A DNA stretch of 64,000 nt from Armatimonadetes bacterium UBA1398. Lineage in GTDB: Bacteria > Armatimonadota > Zipacnadia > UBA1398. Every line of letters begins with the position of its first letter. Within the stretch, counting starts at the first letter, position 1. Below are positions 38,372 to 49,299 of this stretch, in pieces. The stretch spans positions 5,398 through 69,397 of the forward strand of contig DBQI01000026.1 in NCBI GenBank assembly GCA_002305165.1, written 5' to 3'. The position numbers and the translations under genes were made by a program. The notes below the pieces were generated by a model, which was not told the origin of the DNA, did not search any database, and was given only the letters and a program-made list of their open reading frames with translations.

Positions 38372-39211
38372 ATGGCGCGACACCCCTCGGACAAGAAGGT
38401 CAGACGTGCGATCGAACGCCACAACGAGAGGGTGGCGGAGGCTGCGGCAGAGAGATTCGCTGAACTCCCTCGCGGCGAACTGGCGCATCACGCTAGCTCC
38501 CTGCTGGCGCCCTTGGGGTGGGTTGAGACGCACGAGACCGCCGCAGTGTCTGACGGCCTGTCGATGCGAGGGCGGGTGACCATAGGGGTCACCTCTCTTC
38601 CGGCGGCCGCCCTTATTCTGACGACTGGGGCAGAGCTGACCGGCGCGCGGCTCGATGCTTTCCTGGCGACCGTTGCCCCCGAAGTACATCTGGCGCACGT
38701 ACTCTGCCTCGGGTCCATCTCCCACCCGGCCCGGGAGGCAGCGACAGCGTCGTGGCCGCTGGTGCTCATCCACGACCGCTCAAGCATCCTCCGGCTGATG
38801 CTGGAGGCTCGGACTCTGATGCACGAGGTGGCGATGCCGCAAGCGCTTGCGCTACAAGAGGCCAAGAAGCCTGCCGTCCGACCTCGCACCACCAGTAGTG
38901 GGCGTGCGGACCGTCGCGGACGCGCGGCCCGCCTGTTCCGCTGGCGTATGGAGCCTCGCGAGGGCAACCGCTATGCCCTGCACGGTGACTACATACCGGA
39001 CCCGAGCCAGAGTTTCATGATCGAACGCGAGCTAGTACCGCCCGACGGCGACTTCGTCCCGGCACGACGCGAGCTGCACCAGGCTGTGTGCAGGTGCCTA
39101 TCGACGATCTTCCCCGAGCTTCCGGCGAGCCGGATCCGCACCAAAGCGTGGGCCGGAGTGCACAAGGTCTACCGAGCCAAGACCTACGGCCGCCAGCAGG
39201 TCAAGGACTAG
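38372..39211 (+). CDS. Hypothetical protein
   Basis: 279 aa with high GC3; no recognisable domain. Confidence 0.35.
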   Translation: MARHPSDKKVRRAIERHNERVAEAAAERFAELPRGELAHHASSLLAPLGWVETHETAAVSDGLSMRGRVTIGVTSLPAAALILTTGAELTGARLDAFLATVAPEVHLAHVLCLGSISHPAREAATASWPLVLIHDRSSILRLMLEARTLMHEVAMPQALALQEAKKPAVRPRTTSSGRADRRGRAARLFRWRMEPREGNRYALHGDYIPDPSQSFMIERELVPPDGDFVPARRELHQAVCRCLSTIFPELPASRIRTKAWAGVHKVYRAKTYGRQQVKD

Positions 39212-41454
39212 CCGCGCACCACCGCGGAGACGGCGACCTCGGGCCCGATACCCTCGGGCACCTGCCATACCAATGGTTCGCCCTGGCCCGTGACCGCCTC
39301 TTGGCGCAGCGACTGACCCGTGACGGGGTCGAACCATAGCAGGTCGCAGGGACGATCGCAGAACCCGGCGACACCCAGGCGGCTGCCGTTACGCGTGTAT
39401 GCCGCGCAGCGAACGCCTGGCTCAGCCAGAACCCACTCCGCGTCAGCCAGGGCCAGCTCATCGTGGGGCGACATGCCACTGAACTGAGCGGCTTCCATGA
39501 ACTCGATGATGCGTCCGCAGTCCTGCATATCGGAAACGGCAGTACCCGCGATATCCATCGAGAGGATCATCACGTGCGCCCCCGCCATGGCGCAGGCCCA
39601 ACTCATGTGGCGGGCGTGCTCGCCGGTCCCATGGCCACTGCATTCGGACATGTTGAGACCGTAGCGACCTCGGGCGCGTCGCCATGCCTCTACCATCCCG
39701 GAGTGCAGATCCTCCGGCGTCGGCACGTTGTACTGAACCGCGAACTGGTCGATGTTGGGGTCATCCGCGTAGGGAGTGAAGTCGATACCGTGGTTGAGGT
39801 GAACCGCCACGGGATGGCCCGAGCGATCCCATCGCTTGATCTCGGCCGCGACGCGGCGGATTCGTTCCGGGCTCAGTGCCTCTTCGGCCTCCTCGGCCAC
39901 GCACCAGACCAAGTGGTGATGATGCTGAAAACGCTCAACCACGCCTCGGATGTAGGCTAGCTCCTGCTCTCCGACCTCGTCACCTGTGTCCCATATCCGA
40001 ACGCCGTCGTCGTACAGGAAGAAGTAGATCACGATCCCAGCATCATCCATGGCCTGGAACCAGGTATGCCACTGGTCCAAGACGGCCTCGTTCAGTGGCA
40101 TAGAGGGATCGTGATCGACGAAGGGGTTGTGGGTTGCCTCACCATCCCCGCCGTGGCTGCGAATCCCCATGAGGTAGATGCAGTTCGCCCCGGTCGCCGC
40201 CAGGGTGTTGATGAGTTCCATCTGGTCACCGTCGCGCGTGCCGTCGGGCCGCAGATCGCCGCGATAGAGGAACCCTTCAGGGTCGCCCGGACCGCACATG
40301 AAGAGCGGCTCTCCGTTGGGGTGCCGAAGCCACAGAGGGGGCTGAGCCACCGCAGTGTCAGACGCGGACACATCGGCTGCGGCAGCAAGCAGCGCGAGGG
40401 CCTGGTTCTCCTCCTCCGGAGTGTCGATGGCGGCGTCATTCCAGCTGACGACCATGTCGAGGCCGGGGAGTACTACCATGGCGCGCGGCCCACCGTGGCC
40501 GAAGGCGCCGAAAGCGTCCCTTGGAGCGTCGGGCCAGTGACGTCGACCGTCGCGGTCCACCCCGTTGATCCACCAGAGCCAGCTGTAGCTTCCCAGGTGG
40601 TCGCACTGGTTGTCTGGGATCTGCCGTGAGCCGTGGGACCGCTGCCCCTCGATCATCTCCGCCTCGGCCCCGGTCGACTGGGGTACCTCGGGCGGCACGG
40701 GTTCCGCACGCACCATCAGCGCGTGCTCGCGCGAGATCACCTGGTGGTCTCTCCAGAGGCCCTCGCGAAGGTACAAGAGGCCGAAGCGCGCGAAGTCCCG
40801 GGGGGAGATCGCCAGGCGACCGGGGCGGTCCTCGGGACCAAAGGCGAGTAGGGTAGGGGAGTCCTGACACTGCAGCACGTCCGTGAGCAGCGGCTGCAGC
40901 ACGGCCTGGTCTACGCTGTCCAGGCCGACGCCGTAGGCCCCATTGAAGAGCGTGTCCACGAGGAGCGCCATGTGGTAGTCGTTGTAGTTGAAGGCCTCTC
41001 CCGGCCTCTCGGCCACGCCGTAGCAGGAGGTCTGGTGGGCCATATGGCGCCAAGTGATCTCCCGGTCCTTATGCCCGAGGTCACTGTTGAGAGCCGCCAG
41101 GCGAGGCTCCAATGCCTGGACCGGGGCATCGAAGCTCTCGATAAGCCCCTGCTCCACGGCGTTGATGATGAAGTGCGCGTAGACGGGCTTGGCGGCTGAG
41201 GCTACATCGCCTCGGCGGGAGATGTCGCCCCACGCGTACGCCATCCGCCCGTGCCTGACGACGCACCCACGCCCCCCCACAAGCTCCGCGAACTGCCGGA
41301 GGAGGTCCGCATCCAGGCCGACCTCATGTGGCGCCACGATGCTCCATTCTTCAGCAGGGTAGGCTGGCTGGCGCCCATCGCCTTCCTGCTGGCCTTGGAT
41401 CATCGCACCCGCGCATAGAACACACACAACAAGGCGCCACATCTGCTCAATCAT
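39208..41454 (-). CDS. Secreted fusion protein: N-terminal beta-lactamase/transpeptidase-like serine hydrolase domain plus C-terminal DUF4038-like (GH140-type TIM-barrel) domain
   Basis: Signal peptide. SxxK motif (VASAAKPVY) and beta-lactamase fold in the first ~380 aa. The C-terminal ~350 aa resemble a DUF4038/apiosidase-like glycoside hydrolase. Confidence 0.6.
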   Translation of the reverse strand: MIEQMWRLVVCVLCAGAMIQGQQEGDGRQPAYPAEEWSIVAPHEVGLDADLLRQFAELVGGRGCVVRHGRMAYAWGDISRRGDVASAAKPVYAHFIINAVEQGLIESFDAPVQALEPRLAALNSDLGHKDREITWRHMAHQTSCYGVAERPGEAFNYNDYHMALLVDTLFNGAYGVGLDSVDQAVLQPLLTDVLQCQDSPTLLAFGPEDRPGRLAISPRDFARFGLLYLREGLWRDHQVISREHALMVRAEPVPPEVPQSTGAEAEMIEGQRSHGSRQIPDNQCDHLGSYSWLWWINGVDRDGRRHWPDAPRDAFGAFGHGGPRAMVVLPGLDMVVSWNDAAIDTPEEENQALALLAAAADVSASDTAVAQPPLWLRHPNGEPLFMCGPGDPEGFLYRGDLRPDGTRDGDQMELINTLAATGANCIYLMGIRSHGGDGEATHNPFVDHDPSMPLNEAVLDQWHTWFQAMDDAGIVIYFFLYDDGVRIWDTGDEVGEQELAYIRGVVERFQHHHHLVWCVAEEAEEALSPERIRRVAAEIKRWDRSGHPVAVHLNHGIDFTPYADDPNIDQFAVQYNVPTPEDLHSGMVEAWRRARGRYGLNMSECSGHGTGEHARHMSWACAMAGAHVMILSMDIAGTAVSDMQDCGRIIEFMEAAQFSGMSPHDELALADAEWVLAEPGVRCAAYTRNGSRLGVAGFCDRPCDLLWFDPVTGQSLRQEAVTGQGEPLVWQVPEGIGPEVAVSAVVRG

Positions 41455-41642
41455 CCTTTCGCTGTACCACCGGCCCGAGACTGGACATACCAGGCTTGAG
41501 ACACGCAGCCGATTCGTTTGTGGCGGCCATCGGAGGTGAGAATTCAGTGTTCGCGCCGATCGCGGCGCTCCCTTGGCCTGGCGGGTCTATGCGTATGATA
41601 CAATGTCGCGGACCCAAACGCCCTGACAAGAGGGGACCGCCC

Positions 41643-42656
41643 ATGGACGCTGTTACCGCACGGATTGTGGAGCTCGCCAAAGCGCTACACAGGCGCATCG
41701 TGCTGCCCGAGGGACTGGACGAGCGCACCCTGGAGGCCGCGCAGTTGCTGACTCAGCGGGGTATCGGAGAGGCCGTGCTGTTGGGGCCCCCCGACGCGAT
41801 CGCGAGCCTGGCGAAGGAGCGCGGCGTTGACCTTAGCGGTATCGACGTCATCGATCCCGCCGTCTCGCCCGATGCTGAGCGCTACGCGGTGCAGCTCTAC
41901 GAGCGTCGCAAGGCCAAGGGCATGACCATGGAGCAGGCGGTGGAGACTGTTCGGAAGGACGCTCTCTACTTCGGAGCGTGCATGCTCTCCACGGGGGACG
42001 TGGATGTCAACGTCGCCGGCGCAGTAAACGCAACGAGCGACGTCGTGCGGGCCCTTATCTTCTGCTGTGGGACGGCGCCCGGTCTAAAGACGGTCTCGAG
42101 CAACTTCATCATGGTCAGCCCACACACGGAGTTCGGCGAGCAGGGCGGGCTGCTCTTCGCTGATGCTGGCGTAGTGCCCAACCCCACCGCTGAACAACTG
42201 GCGGATATCGCTATCACGACTGCGGACAACGCCCCCCTCTATCTTGGCGCCGAGGCGCGTGTCGCCATGCTGAGCTTCTCCACGAAGGGGAGCGCCAGCC
42301 ATCCTGACATTGACAAGGTACTCGCCGCGCTGGCTATGGTGCGTGAGCGTCGCCCGGACATCCTGATTGACGGTGAGCTGCAGGGCGACGCCGCTCTCGT
42401 GCCGTCTGTGGGCGAGCGTAAGGCCCCGGGCTCACCCGTTGCCGGGCACGCCAACGTTCTCGTCTTCCCCGACCTCGACGCGGGCAACATCGCCTACAAG
42501 CTGGTGCAGAGACTGGGCAAGGCCGAAGCATACGGCCCGCTCGTGCAGGGGCTTGCCTATCCCGGCTTCGATCTGTCTCGGGGTGCGACGACCGAGGACA
42601 TCATTAGGGTCTGCGCCTGCGGCGCGCTCAACGCGAAGCCCAAGGACTCCGTCTAG
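41643..42656 (+). CDS. pta: Phosphate acetyltransferase (or closely related phosphate acyltransferase)
   Basis: The start is the internal ATG at 41643. PTA_PTB-family motifs (...SNFIMVSP..., [32 protein letters not shown]). The last 4 nt overlap the convergent nuoN stop. Confidence 0.85.
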   Translation: MDAVTARIVELAKALHRRIVLPEGLDERTLEAAQLLTQRGIGEAVLLGPPDAIASLAKERGVDLSGIDVIDPAVSPDAERYAVQLYERRKAKGMTMEQAVETVRKDALYFGACMLSTGDVDVNVAGAVNATSDVVRALIFCCGTAPGLKTVSSNFIMVSPHTEFGEQGGLLFADAGVVPNPTAEQLADIAITTADNAPLYLGAEARVAMLSFSTKGSASHPDIDKVLAALAMVRERRPDILIDGELQGDAALVPSVGERKAPGSPVAGHANVLVFPDLDAGNIAYKLVQRLGKAEAYGPLVQGLAYPGFDLSRGATTEDIIRVCACGALNAKPKDSV

Positions 42657-44188
42657 GGCGGCGGCAGCAGCGACTGCCCGATCGCGTCCGCCGCGTTGAG
42701 GATGACGGCGGGCAAGAGAGCCAACCCTAGGACTCCGATCCCCGCCGCAGCCATCACCCAACTGCCGCTCTGGGTCGGTATCCAGGTCTCCCCGCTCTCT
42801 CCCGCCTCGGGCTCCCACATGTAGCTGTAGGCCACCGGCCGGAGGTAGTAGTAGGCCGAGATGGCGCTATTGATCGCGGCTATGATCACGATAGCCCATA
42901 CCCAGCCCGCCCCGCTGCTGAGGGCCGCTGAAAACACACTCAGCTTGCCCCAGAAGCCGGCGGTAATGGGAATTCCTGTCAGGGAGATCATGAACAGCGT
43001 CAGGCCGGCTGCAGCGAAGGGTCGATGGACGTGCAGGCCCTTCAGGCGATCGAGGTCGACGTCTCCGAGGTCGCTGGGGCCCAGCTGCGAGATGGCCGCG
43101 AATGCGCCGAGGTTCATGAAGGAGTAGGACAAGCCGTAGAAGACGATGGCGACGGACGCCGCGGCCCAGTCGTCGGAGCCCTTCGCATACAGGACGCCAG
43201 CGCCGATGACCGCCAGCAGCATGTACCCCGCATGGGCGATGCCCGAGTAGGCGAGCATGCGCTTGCCCTGTGGCTGGAGCAGCGCGCCCAGGTTGCCAAC
43301 CGTCATCGTAAGGACCGCCACAACCCCGAGCACCGGCGCCCACCACTCCGCCAGTCCGCCGAACCCGACCAGCAGCACCCGGTAGAGCAGGCCGACCGTG
43401 GCGACCTTCGGCCCAACTGAGAAGAACGTCGTAACCGGCGTGGGGGCGCCCTGGTAGACGTCGGGGCACCACATGTGGAAGGGGACCAGGGCCGCTTTGA
43501 AGCCGAGGCCAACGATGATCAGCCCCAGGCCGACGAGCGCCGTTACCGACGTGAAGGGGCTCTCGGCCAGAGCGGCCCCCGCCGCGAGGCGACCATCGGC
43601 CATGGCGATGATGTTCGTTGTGCCTAGAGCGGCGTAGGACAGGGCGATCCCGAACACCAGGATCGCGCTCGAGACGCTACCGATCATGAGGTACTTGAGG
43701 CCCGCCTCGTTTGAGAGCCGGTCGCGACGGGAGTAAGCGGCCATGATGTACAGCGGCACCGATAGCAGCTCGACGCCGAAGAAGCCCACGACGAGATCCT
43801 GGGCTCCGGCCATCACGGCCATGCCGGCCGTAGCCAGGGCCATCAGGCCGCAGAACTCGCCGGCGCCATGCTTCAGAGACTGCAGGTAGCGTAATGACAG
43901 CAGGATCGACAGCAGGCCAGCGACGGCGCACGGGAGCACGAGCCCGTAGGTGAGGTCATCGAGCACATAGCCGGAGGCGAAGCCCTCGGCCCGTTCGCCC
44001 CGCCCAAGGGATATCGCGCAAACCGTTCCGGTCAGGATGAACCCCACCGCTGAGATCCATGCCGACATCCCCGTGCCTTGGCGGAACAGGCTGCCGACGA
44101 GCAAGGAAGCAAGGCCGAAGAGGACCATGATCAGGATGAGCAGCACGGCTCCGAGGTCTGAAGGTTGTACGATCTCGAAGCCGCTCAT
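42653..44188 (-). CDS. nuoN: NADH-quinone oxidoreductase subunit N
   Basis: 511 aa, 14 TM helices, NuoN/ND2 antiporter-like motifs. Confidence 0.9.
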   Translation of the reverse strand: MSGFEIVQPSDLGAVLLILIMVLFGLASLLVGSLFRQGTGMSAWISAVGFILTGTVCAISLGRGERAEGFASGYVLDDLTYGLVLPCAVAGLLSILLSLRYLQSLKHGAGEFCGLMALATAGMAVMAGAQDLVVGFFGVELLSVPLYIMAAYSRRDRLSNEAGLKYLMIGSVSSAILVFGIALSYAALGTTNIIAMADGRLAAGAALAESPFTSVTALVGLGLIIVGLGFKAALVPFHMWCPDVYQGAPTPVTTFFSVGPKVATVGLLYRVLLVGFGGLAEWWAPVLGVVAVLTMTVGNLGALLQPQGKRMLAYSGIAHAGYMLLAVIGAGVLYAKGSDDWAAASVAIVFYGLSYSFMNLGAFAAISQLGPSDLGDVDLDRLKGLHVHRPFAAAGLTLFMISLTGIPITAGFWGKLSVFSAALSSGAGWVWAIVIIAAINSAISAYYYLRPVAYSYMWEPEAGESGETWIPTQSGSWVMAAAGIGVLGLALLPAVILNAADAIGQSLLPPP

Positions 44189-45798
44189 TGCTCATCGTCC
44201 TCCGAAAAAACCGCAGGCAGTTCGGTTCCGCCAAGAGGCGCCACATCCGGGGCCAGGTCGGCGAAGGGCTTAGTCCGCGGTACGTTACCCCGGCTGACCT
44301 CAAAGCGGTTGACTACCGCCACGGCGGCTGGCTTGATGCTCCGAAGTACCGGGGCCGGGTAGACTCCAAGCCAGACGATGCCCGCCAGGAGCATGACGGC
44401 GGCCGTCGCCTCGATCGTGTTGATGTCCTTCATCGGGCCATCCCTGTGAGGTTTGGGCTCGCCGTAGAAGACGCGTTTGTACATCCAGAGCAGGTAGCAT
44501 GCGGAGATGATCACGCCGAGGCATCCCAGGATGGCCCACAGCTGCGCCTGGACCCAGGCCGAAGTGAACGTGCCCATGAGGGTCAGCAACTCACCTACGA
44601 AGCCGTTCAGACCCGGCAGGCCGATGGAGGAAAGGGCCACCACGAGGAAGATCCGGGAGTAGACGGGCACCTCCTCCCACAGACCGCCGTAGTCCGCGAT
44701 CATCCGGCTGTGCCGGCGCTCGTAGATCATCCCCACGAGCAGGAAGAGCGCGCCTGTGGATAGGCCGTGGTTGACCATCTGGAGCACGGCGCCCTGGATG
44801 CCCATGGGGTTGAGGGCGAAGAGGCCCAGCATCACGAAGCCTAGGTGAGAGACGCTTGAGTAGGCGATGAGCCGCTTCATGTCCGTCTGCCACATCGCCG
44901 CAGCGCCGCCGTAGATGATGCCGATCACCGCGAGCCACATCAGGACCGGCCCGAAGACCTCCGTGCCCACAGGGAAGAAGCCGATGCAGAGGCGCAGGAA
45001 ACCGTAGGCGCCCATCTTCAGGAGGACGCCGGCGAGGATGATGCTTCCCGACGTCGGCGCCTCCACGTGAGCATCGGGCAGCCATGTGTGGAAGGGGAAG
45101 AGCGGCACCTTGATGGCGAACCCCAGGCCGAACAACACGAACAGCGTGAGCTGGAGTGACCCGTCTAGCTGGGGCGCCCTCGCGAGCAGTTCAGGGATCG
45201 AGAACGTGCGGTCGGGCTCGGGCAGGGCGAAGTACAGAATGATGATGCCGGCGAGCATCAGGACTCCACCGACGAAGGTGTAAAGGAAGAACTTGATCGC
45301 CGCGTAGAGGCGTCGCGCGCCACCCCAGACACCGATGATGAGGTACATCGGTATCAGCATCGCCTCCCAGAAGACGTAGAAGAGCACGAGATCGATGGCG
45401 GCGAAGACCCCGAGCATCGCCGTCTCGAGCAGCAGGAGGCAGATGAAGAAGGCTGAATCGTGCTTGGTGATACTTGTCCAGGAGCCGAGAACGGCGATCA
45501 CCGAGAGGAATGTGGTCAGGAGGAACAGCCATAGGCTGATGCCATCCAGAGCGACGTGGAAGTTGATACCCAGGGCTGGGACCCACGGCACCTTGGGGTC
45601 CTCGAGTTGGTAGTCGGGAGAGGCCCCATTGAACCCTATGGCGAGAGCCACCGAGAGCACCGCGGTGAGGATGGTGAACGCTAGGCTGATAACCCGAGCG
45701 CCCTGGCCGCCGGACCTGCGAAGGACCGTGAGGAGCGCCGCTCCCACAGTCGGCAGGAAGATCGTGATGGTCAACCATGGCATGTGCTCGAGTCCCAT
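44185..45798 (-). CDS. nuoM: NADH-quinone oxidoreductase subunit M
   Basis: 537 aa with NuoM/ND4 motifs (WLPDAHVEAPT). Confidence 0.9.
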   Translation of the reverse strand: MGLEHMPWLTITIFLPTVGAALLTVLRRSGGQGARVISLAFTILTAVLSVALAIGFNGASPDYQLEDPKVPWVPALGINFHVALDGISLWLFLLTTFLSVIAVLGSWTSITKHDSAFFICLLLLETAMLGVFAAIDLVLFYVFWEAMLIPMYLIIGVWGGARRLYAAIKFFLYTFVGGVLMLAGIIILYFALPEPDRTFSIPELLARAPQLDGSLQLTLFVLFGLGFAIKVPLFPFHTWLPDAHVEAPTSGSIILAGVLLKMGAYGFLRLCIGFFPVGTEVFGPVLMWLAVIGIIYGGAAAMWQTDMKRLIAYSSVSHLGFVMLGLFALNPMGIQGAVLQMVNHGLSTGALFLLVGMIYERRHSRMIADYGGLWEEVPVYSRIFLVVALSSIGLPGLNGFVGELLTLMGTFTSAWVQAQLWAILGCLGVIISACYLLWMYKRVFYGEPKPHRDGPMKDINTIEATAAVMLLAGIVWLGVYPAPVLRSIKPAAVAVVNRFEVSRGNVPRTKPFADLAPDVAPLGGTELPAVFSEDDEQ

Positions 45799-45828
45799 GG
45801 CGTGCTGTATATCCCCCGATTCTCTCTG

Positions 45829-47736
45829 TTACCGCCCCAGGGCGATAAGACCAAGCACGAGCAGGAATGCGCCGGTGAGTATAACCAACACATAGTCGCG
45901 AATACGGCCCGTCTGCGTGCGGGTCTGCCTCTCCGATCCCCAACCCACTGCCGCCGCCACTCCGTTCACGAGTCCGTCGACAACACGGGGGTCGAATCGG
46001 TCGCTCACCGCCTGTGCCAATCTCGACAGGGGCGACACGACAACGGCGGCGTAGACCTCGTCCACGTACCACTTGTTGGCCAGCAGCGTGTGGACTCCGC
46101 CGAGGGCCTTCCGCAGTCGCTCCTCGCCCTGTGCCCCTCGCACCCTGAACAGGCTGGCCGCCGCGAACAAGCCTCCGATAGCCAAGGCGAGAGAGATGCC
46201 CATCAGTGCCAGTTCGAGCCTAGCGGGCATGTGGGCCGCGCCGTGGGCGTCCGGAAGAAGCGGCGCGAGGTATCCCGCTAGGAAGTGGGGCAGGCCGAGG
46301 CCAGCCGGCAGGCCGAGCAGCCCTCCGAACACCGCCAGCACCGCAAGCACGACCAGCGCGAAGGTCATGCTCGGTGGCGACTCATGGACCTTCTCCCAGG
46401 CCTGGTCCCGCATGCGGCGTCCGCTGTAGAACGTGAGGAACAGCACGCGCCCCATGTAGAAGGCAGTTAGGAGGGCGCAGGCGATCCCTATCACATAGAG
46501 CCCACGGTTCGCCTGGAAGGCATGGGCAAGGATCTCGTCTTTCGAGAAGAACCCGGCCAGTGGGAATACCCCTGCGATGGCCAAGGTCGCGGCGAGAAAG
46601 GTCCAATGGGTGGTGCGCATCTTGTCCTTCAGGCCACCCATATTCATGATGTCCTGCTCCTCGTGGCAGGCATGGATCACGCTGCCGGAGCCGAGGAACA
46701 GGCAAGCCTTGAAGAAGGCATGGGTGACCAGGTGGAAGATGGCCGCGACGTACGCGCCGATCCCCGCCGCGAGGAACATGTATCCGAGTTGACTGACGGT
46801 CGAGTAGGCCAGCACACGCTTGATGTCCCGTTGGCCAACAGCGATAGTGGCCGCGAAGATGGCCGTCAAGGCTCCAACCCACGCGACAAGCACACCCGCC
46901 GACTCGGGGTGGTGAAAGAGAGGATGCATGCGCACGACCAAGTAGACGCCGGCGGTCACCATGGTCGCGGCGTGAATCAGAGCGGAAACCGGGGTCGGGC
47001 CCTCCATGGCGTCGGGCAACCAGACGTAGAGGGGCAACTGCGCGGACTTACCCGTAGCGCCCACGAAGAGCAACAGGGTGATCCACCGGACATCGACCGC
47101 CGTGGCGAGCTCCAGGCGCTCGAAGATCTCGTGGAATTCAAGGGTCGCGAACACCTTCCAGCACCAGAACATCGCGACAAGGAAGCCCGCATCACCGATG
47201 CGGTTCACGGCAAAGGCCTTGAAGCCCGCTCGTGAGGCGCTCTCCCGACGATGCCAGAAGCCGATGAGCAAGTAGGAGCACAGCCCCACGCCCTCCCAAC
47301 CCACGAACATGAGTGGGAGATTCGACGCGGTCACGAGGATGAGCATCGCGGTAAGAAACAGGTTCATGTTGGTGAAGAACCGCACGTAGTCCCGGTCGTG
47401 GGCCATGTACCCGAGACTGTAGACGTGGATCAGGAACCCGACGCCGGTAACAGTCAGGCACATGACACTGGAGAGCGGATCCAGACGCAGGGCGAAATCC
47501 ACCGTTAGGTTACCGGCTTGGATCCAGGTGAAGTAGGACGCCCGGACGATCTCCTGGCCGCTGGCACCGAGTGCGATGTGCTGCAGTATGGCAACCACAA
47601 AGGCGAAACCGGCGGCCACGCAGGCGATCACGCCGTGAGTCACCCGGCCACGGAGCCGCTGAGGCCAGAGCCCGTTGATGAGCGCGCCCAGGGCCGGGCC
47701 CAGCAGCACAAGCCAGAGGGTATCCAGGGGAGACAA
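45829..47736 (-). CDS. nuoL: NADH-quinone oxidoreductase subunit L
   Basis: 635 aa with NuoL/ND5 motifs (WLPDAMEGPTPVSALIHAATMV) and a long C-terminal amphipathic helix region. Confidence 0.9.
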   Translation of the reverse strand: MSPLDTLWLVLLGPALGALINGLWPQRLRGRVTHGVIACVAAGFAFVVAILQHIALGASGQEIVRASYFTWIQAGNLTVDFALRLDPLSSVMCLTVTGVGFLIHVYSLGYMAHDRDYVRFFTNMNLFLTAMLILVTASNLPLMFVGWEGVGLCSYLLIGFWHRRESASRAGFKAFAVNRIGDAGFLVAMFWCWKVFATLEFHEIFERLELATAVDVRWITLLLFVGATGKSAQLPLYVWLPDAMEGPTPVSALIHAATMVTAGVYLVVRMHPLFHHPESAGVLVAWVGALTAIFAATIAVGQRDIKRVLAYSTVSQLGYMFLAAGIGAYVAAIFHLVTHAFFKACLFLGSGSVIHACHEEQDIMNMGGLKDKMRTTHWTFLAATLAIAGVFPLAGFFSKDEILAHAFQANRGLYVIGIACALLTAFYMGRVLFLTFYSGRRMRDQAWEKVHESPPSMTFALVVLAVLAVFGGLLGLPAGLGLPHFLAGYLAPLLPDAHGAAHMPARLELALMGISLALAIGGLFAAASLFRVRGAQGEERLRKALGGVHTLLANKWYVDEVYAAVVVSPLSRLAQAVSDRFDPRVVDGLVNGVAAAVGWGSERQTRTQTGRIRDYVLVILTGAFLLVLGLIALGR

Positions 47737-47743
47737 AGCCCGC

Positions 47744-48052
47744 CTATCCCTTCAGATCGGACATAGTGTCGACGTCTACGGACCGTCGGTTATGGAACAC
47801 CGCAACAACCAGAGCCAGCCCAACGGCTACCTCAACGGCGGCGAGGGCTATCAGGAAGAGCGCGATCACCTGGCCGTTCACATCGGTGTGAGCCCGGGCG
47901 GCGGCGACGAACACCAGCGACGCCGAGGTCAGCATGAGTTCAACGCACATGAGCATCACGAGCACATTGCGGCGGGTGCAGAAGCCTGCGGCGCCGATGG
48001 TGAAGAGAAGAGCGGCTACGAGGATATACACCTGCAGGGGCACGAACTGCAT
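47744..48052 (-). CDS. nuoK: NADH-quinone oxidoreductase subunit K
   Basis: NuoK/ND4L-like three-TM protein. The start is taken as the ATG at 48052; the ORF track extends to a GTG at 48064. Confidence 0.85.
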   Translation of the reverse strand: MQFVPLQVYILVAALLFTIGAAGFCTRRNVLVMLMCVELMLTSASLVFVAAARAHTDVNGQVIALFLIALAAVEVAVGLALVVAVFHNRRSVDVDTMSDLKG

Positions 48053-48053
48053 C

Positions 48054-48683
48054 CTACGCCTCACGCTCCCCTTCCGTGTCCCCGGCCTGGCTATCGTATC
48101 GGAGGCCCTTAGCCAAAACCATCACTCCGACCATCGCGGCGATCAACAGTATGGATATGACCTCCAGGGTTAGCACGTTCTCGGCAGAGAAGAGCGCTTG
48201 GCCCACGTTCGCGGGGCTGCCAAAGGGGTGGGCCGACGCGATCACATCGCCCTGGGTCGGCGAGGGTCTTGCTGGCGGAGGCGCGGTAGGTGCTTGCCCC
48301 CATTGGAGCTGGGGAAGATCGCCCGAGAAACCCGCCGCGACGAATAGACAGAGGAGGCCGAAGGCCACTGCCACGCTCGCCCATCTGCCAGGACCGGCGT
48401 TCCTGAGGGAGGCAGGCTCCTTACCAGCGGCGAGCAGCATGATGACGAAAAGGAAGAGCACTACCACGGCGCCGACGTAGACGAGCACCTGGACGACGGC
48501 GATCAGGTCGGCCGCCAAGGTGACAAACAGCACCGCGACCGCGATCAGTGTCATAACCAGCCACAGCGCCCCACGGACCACGTCCCGTCGCGTGACCATC
48601 ATCATCGCGCTCACAACAGCCAGCAGCGAGGCGATAGTGACGATGACGAATTGGGGGGCTGACGCCCACTCAACTAGACTCAT
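48054..48683 (-). CDS. nuoJ: NADH-quinone oxidoreductase subunit J
   Basis: The start is taken as the ATG at 48683 (MSLVEWASAPQFV...) with GGAGG upstream. It resembles NuoJ/ND6. Confidence 0.8.
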   Translation of the reverse strand: MSLVEWASAPQFVIVTIASLLAVVSAMMMVTRRDVVRGALWLVMTLIAVAVLFVTLAADLIAVVQVLVYVGAVVVLFLFVIMLLAAGKEPASLRNAGPGRWASVAVAFGLLCLFVAAGFSGDLPQLQWGQAPTAPPPARPSPTQGDVIASAHPFGSPANVGQALFSAENVLTLEVISILLIAAMVGVMVLAKGLRYDSQAGDTEGEREA

Positions 48684-48714
48684 GAACGCGCCGCTCCTCC
48701 GATGTCCTTCCGGC

Positions 48715-49254
48715 TTAGTGGCTCCTGGGGTTCGCGAAGTCCTCGGCCTCGCGGTTCTCGATGGGGCCCCACTTGTGGTTGCAGTCATACATCCAGGCGG
48801 ACGGATCCTGGGCCGCCCCGTAGGCGTTCTCGAGCAGCATCTCCTTGGTGAACACCATGCCCGTCCGGGAGTAAAGCGCCAGATCGTAGTTCCGGGTCAT
48901 GCGGATAGCGTCCTCCGGACAGGCGAGGACGCAGAATCCGCAGTAGATGCACCGGTACATGTCGATGTCATAGACCGCAGCGTGCCGCTCTGTCGTGTTC
49001 ACCGGGTTCGCCTCGGTGGTCTCCTCTGGGATGACCGTGATGGCGCCGCTTGGGCACGCGGCGGCACAGAGGGAACAGCCCACGCACAGCTCCTTGCCAT
49101 CCGTGCCTCGCGCGAGGTAGTGGATGCCACGGACGCGAGACCCGTGAACCGGCCGCTCCTCGGGGTACTGGATCGTCGTGGGCTTACGCAACGCGTACTT
49201 CAGCGTTGTGGCAAAGCCGCCAGCGACAGCCCAGACATCCTGCAAGATACCCAT
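48715..49254 (-). CDS. nuoI: NADH-quinone oxidoreductase subunit I (2x[4Fe-4S] ferredoxin)
   Basis: Two CxxCxxCxxxCP motifs (CVGCSLCAAACP; CIYCGFCVLACP). Confidence 0.9.
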   Translation of the reverse strand: MGILQDVWAVAGGFATTLKYALRKPTTIQYPEERPVHGSRVRGIHYLARGTDGKELCVGCSLCAAACPSGAITVIPEETTEANPVNTTERHAAVYDIDMYRCIYCGFCVLACPEDAIRMTRNYDLALYSRTGMVFTKEMLLENAYGAAQDPSAWMYDCNHKWGPIENREAEDFANPRSH

Positions 49255-49299
49255 CAGTGCAACGTCCTCTGTCCTAGTCCCAGCGAATCCGCCGGGCTG

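Noticed and set aside
41328-41642. N-terminal 105-codon extension of the pta ORF in the track
   Set aside because: It overlaps the start of the convergent beta-lactamase-like gene and lacks similarity to Pta. The Pta homology begins exactly at the internal ATG at 41643, which has an upstream purine-rich RBS.
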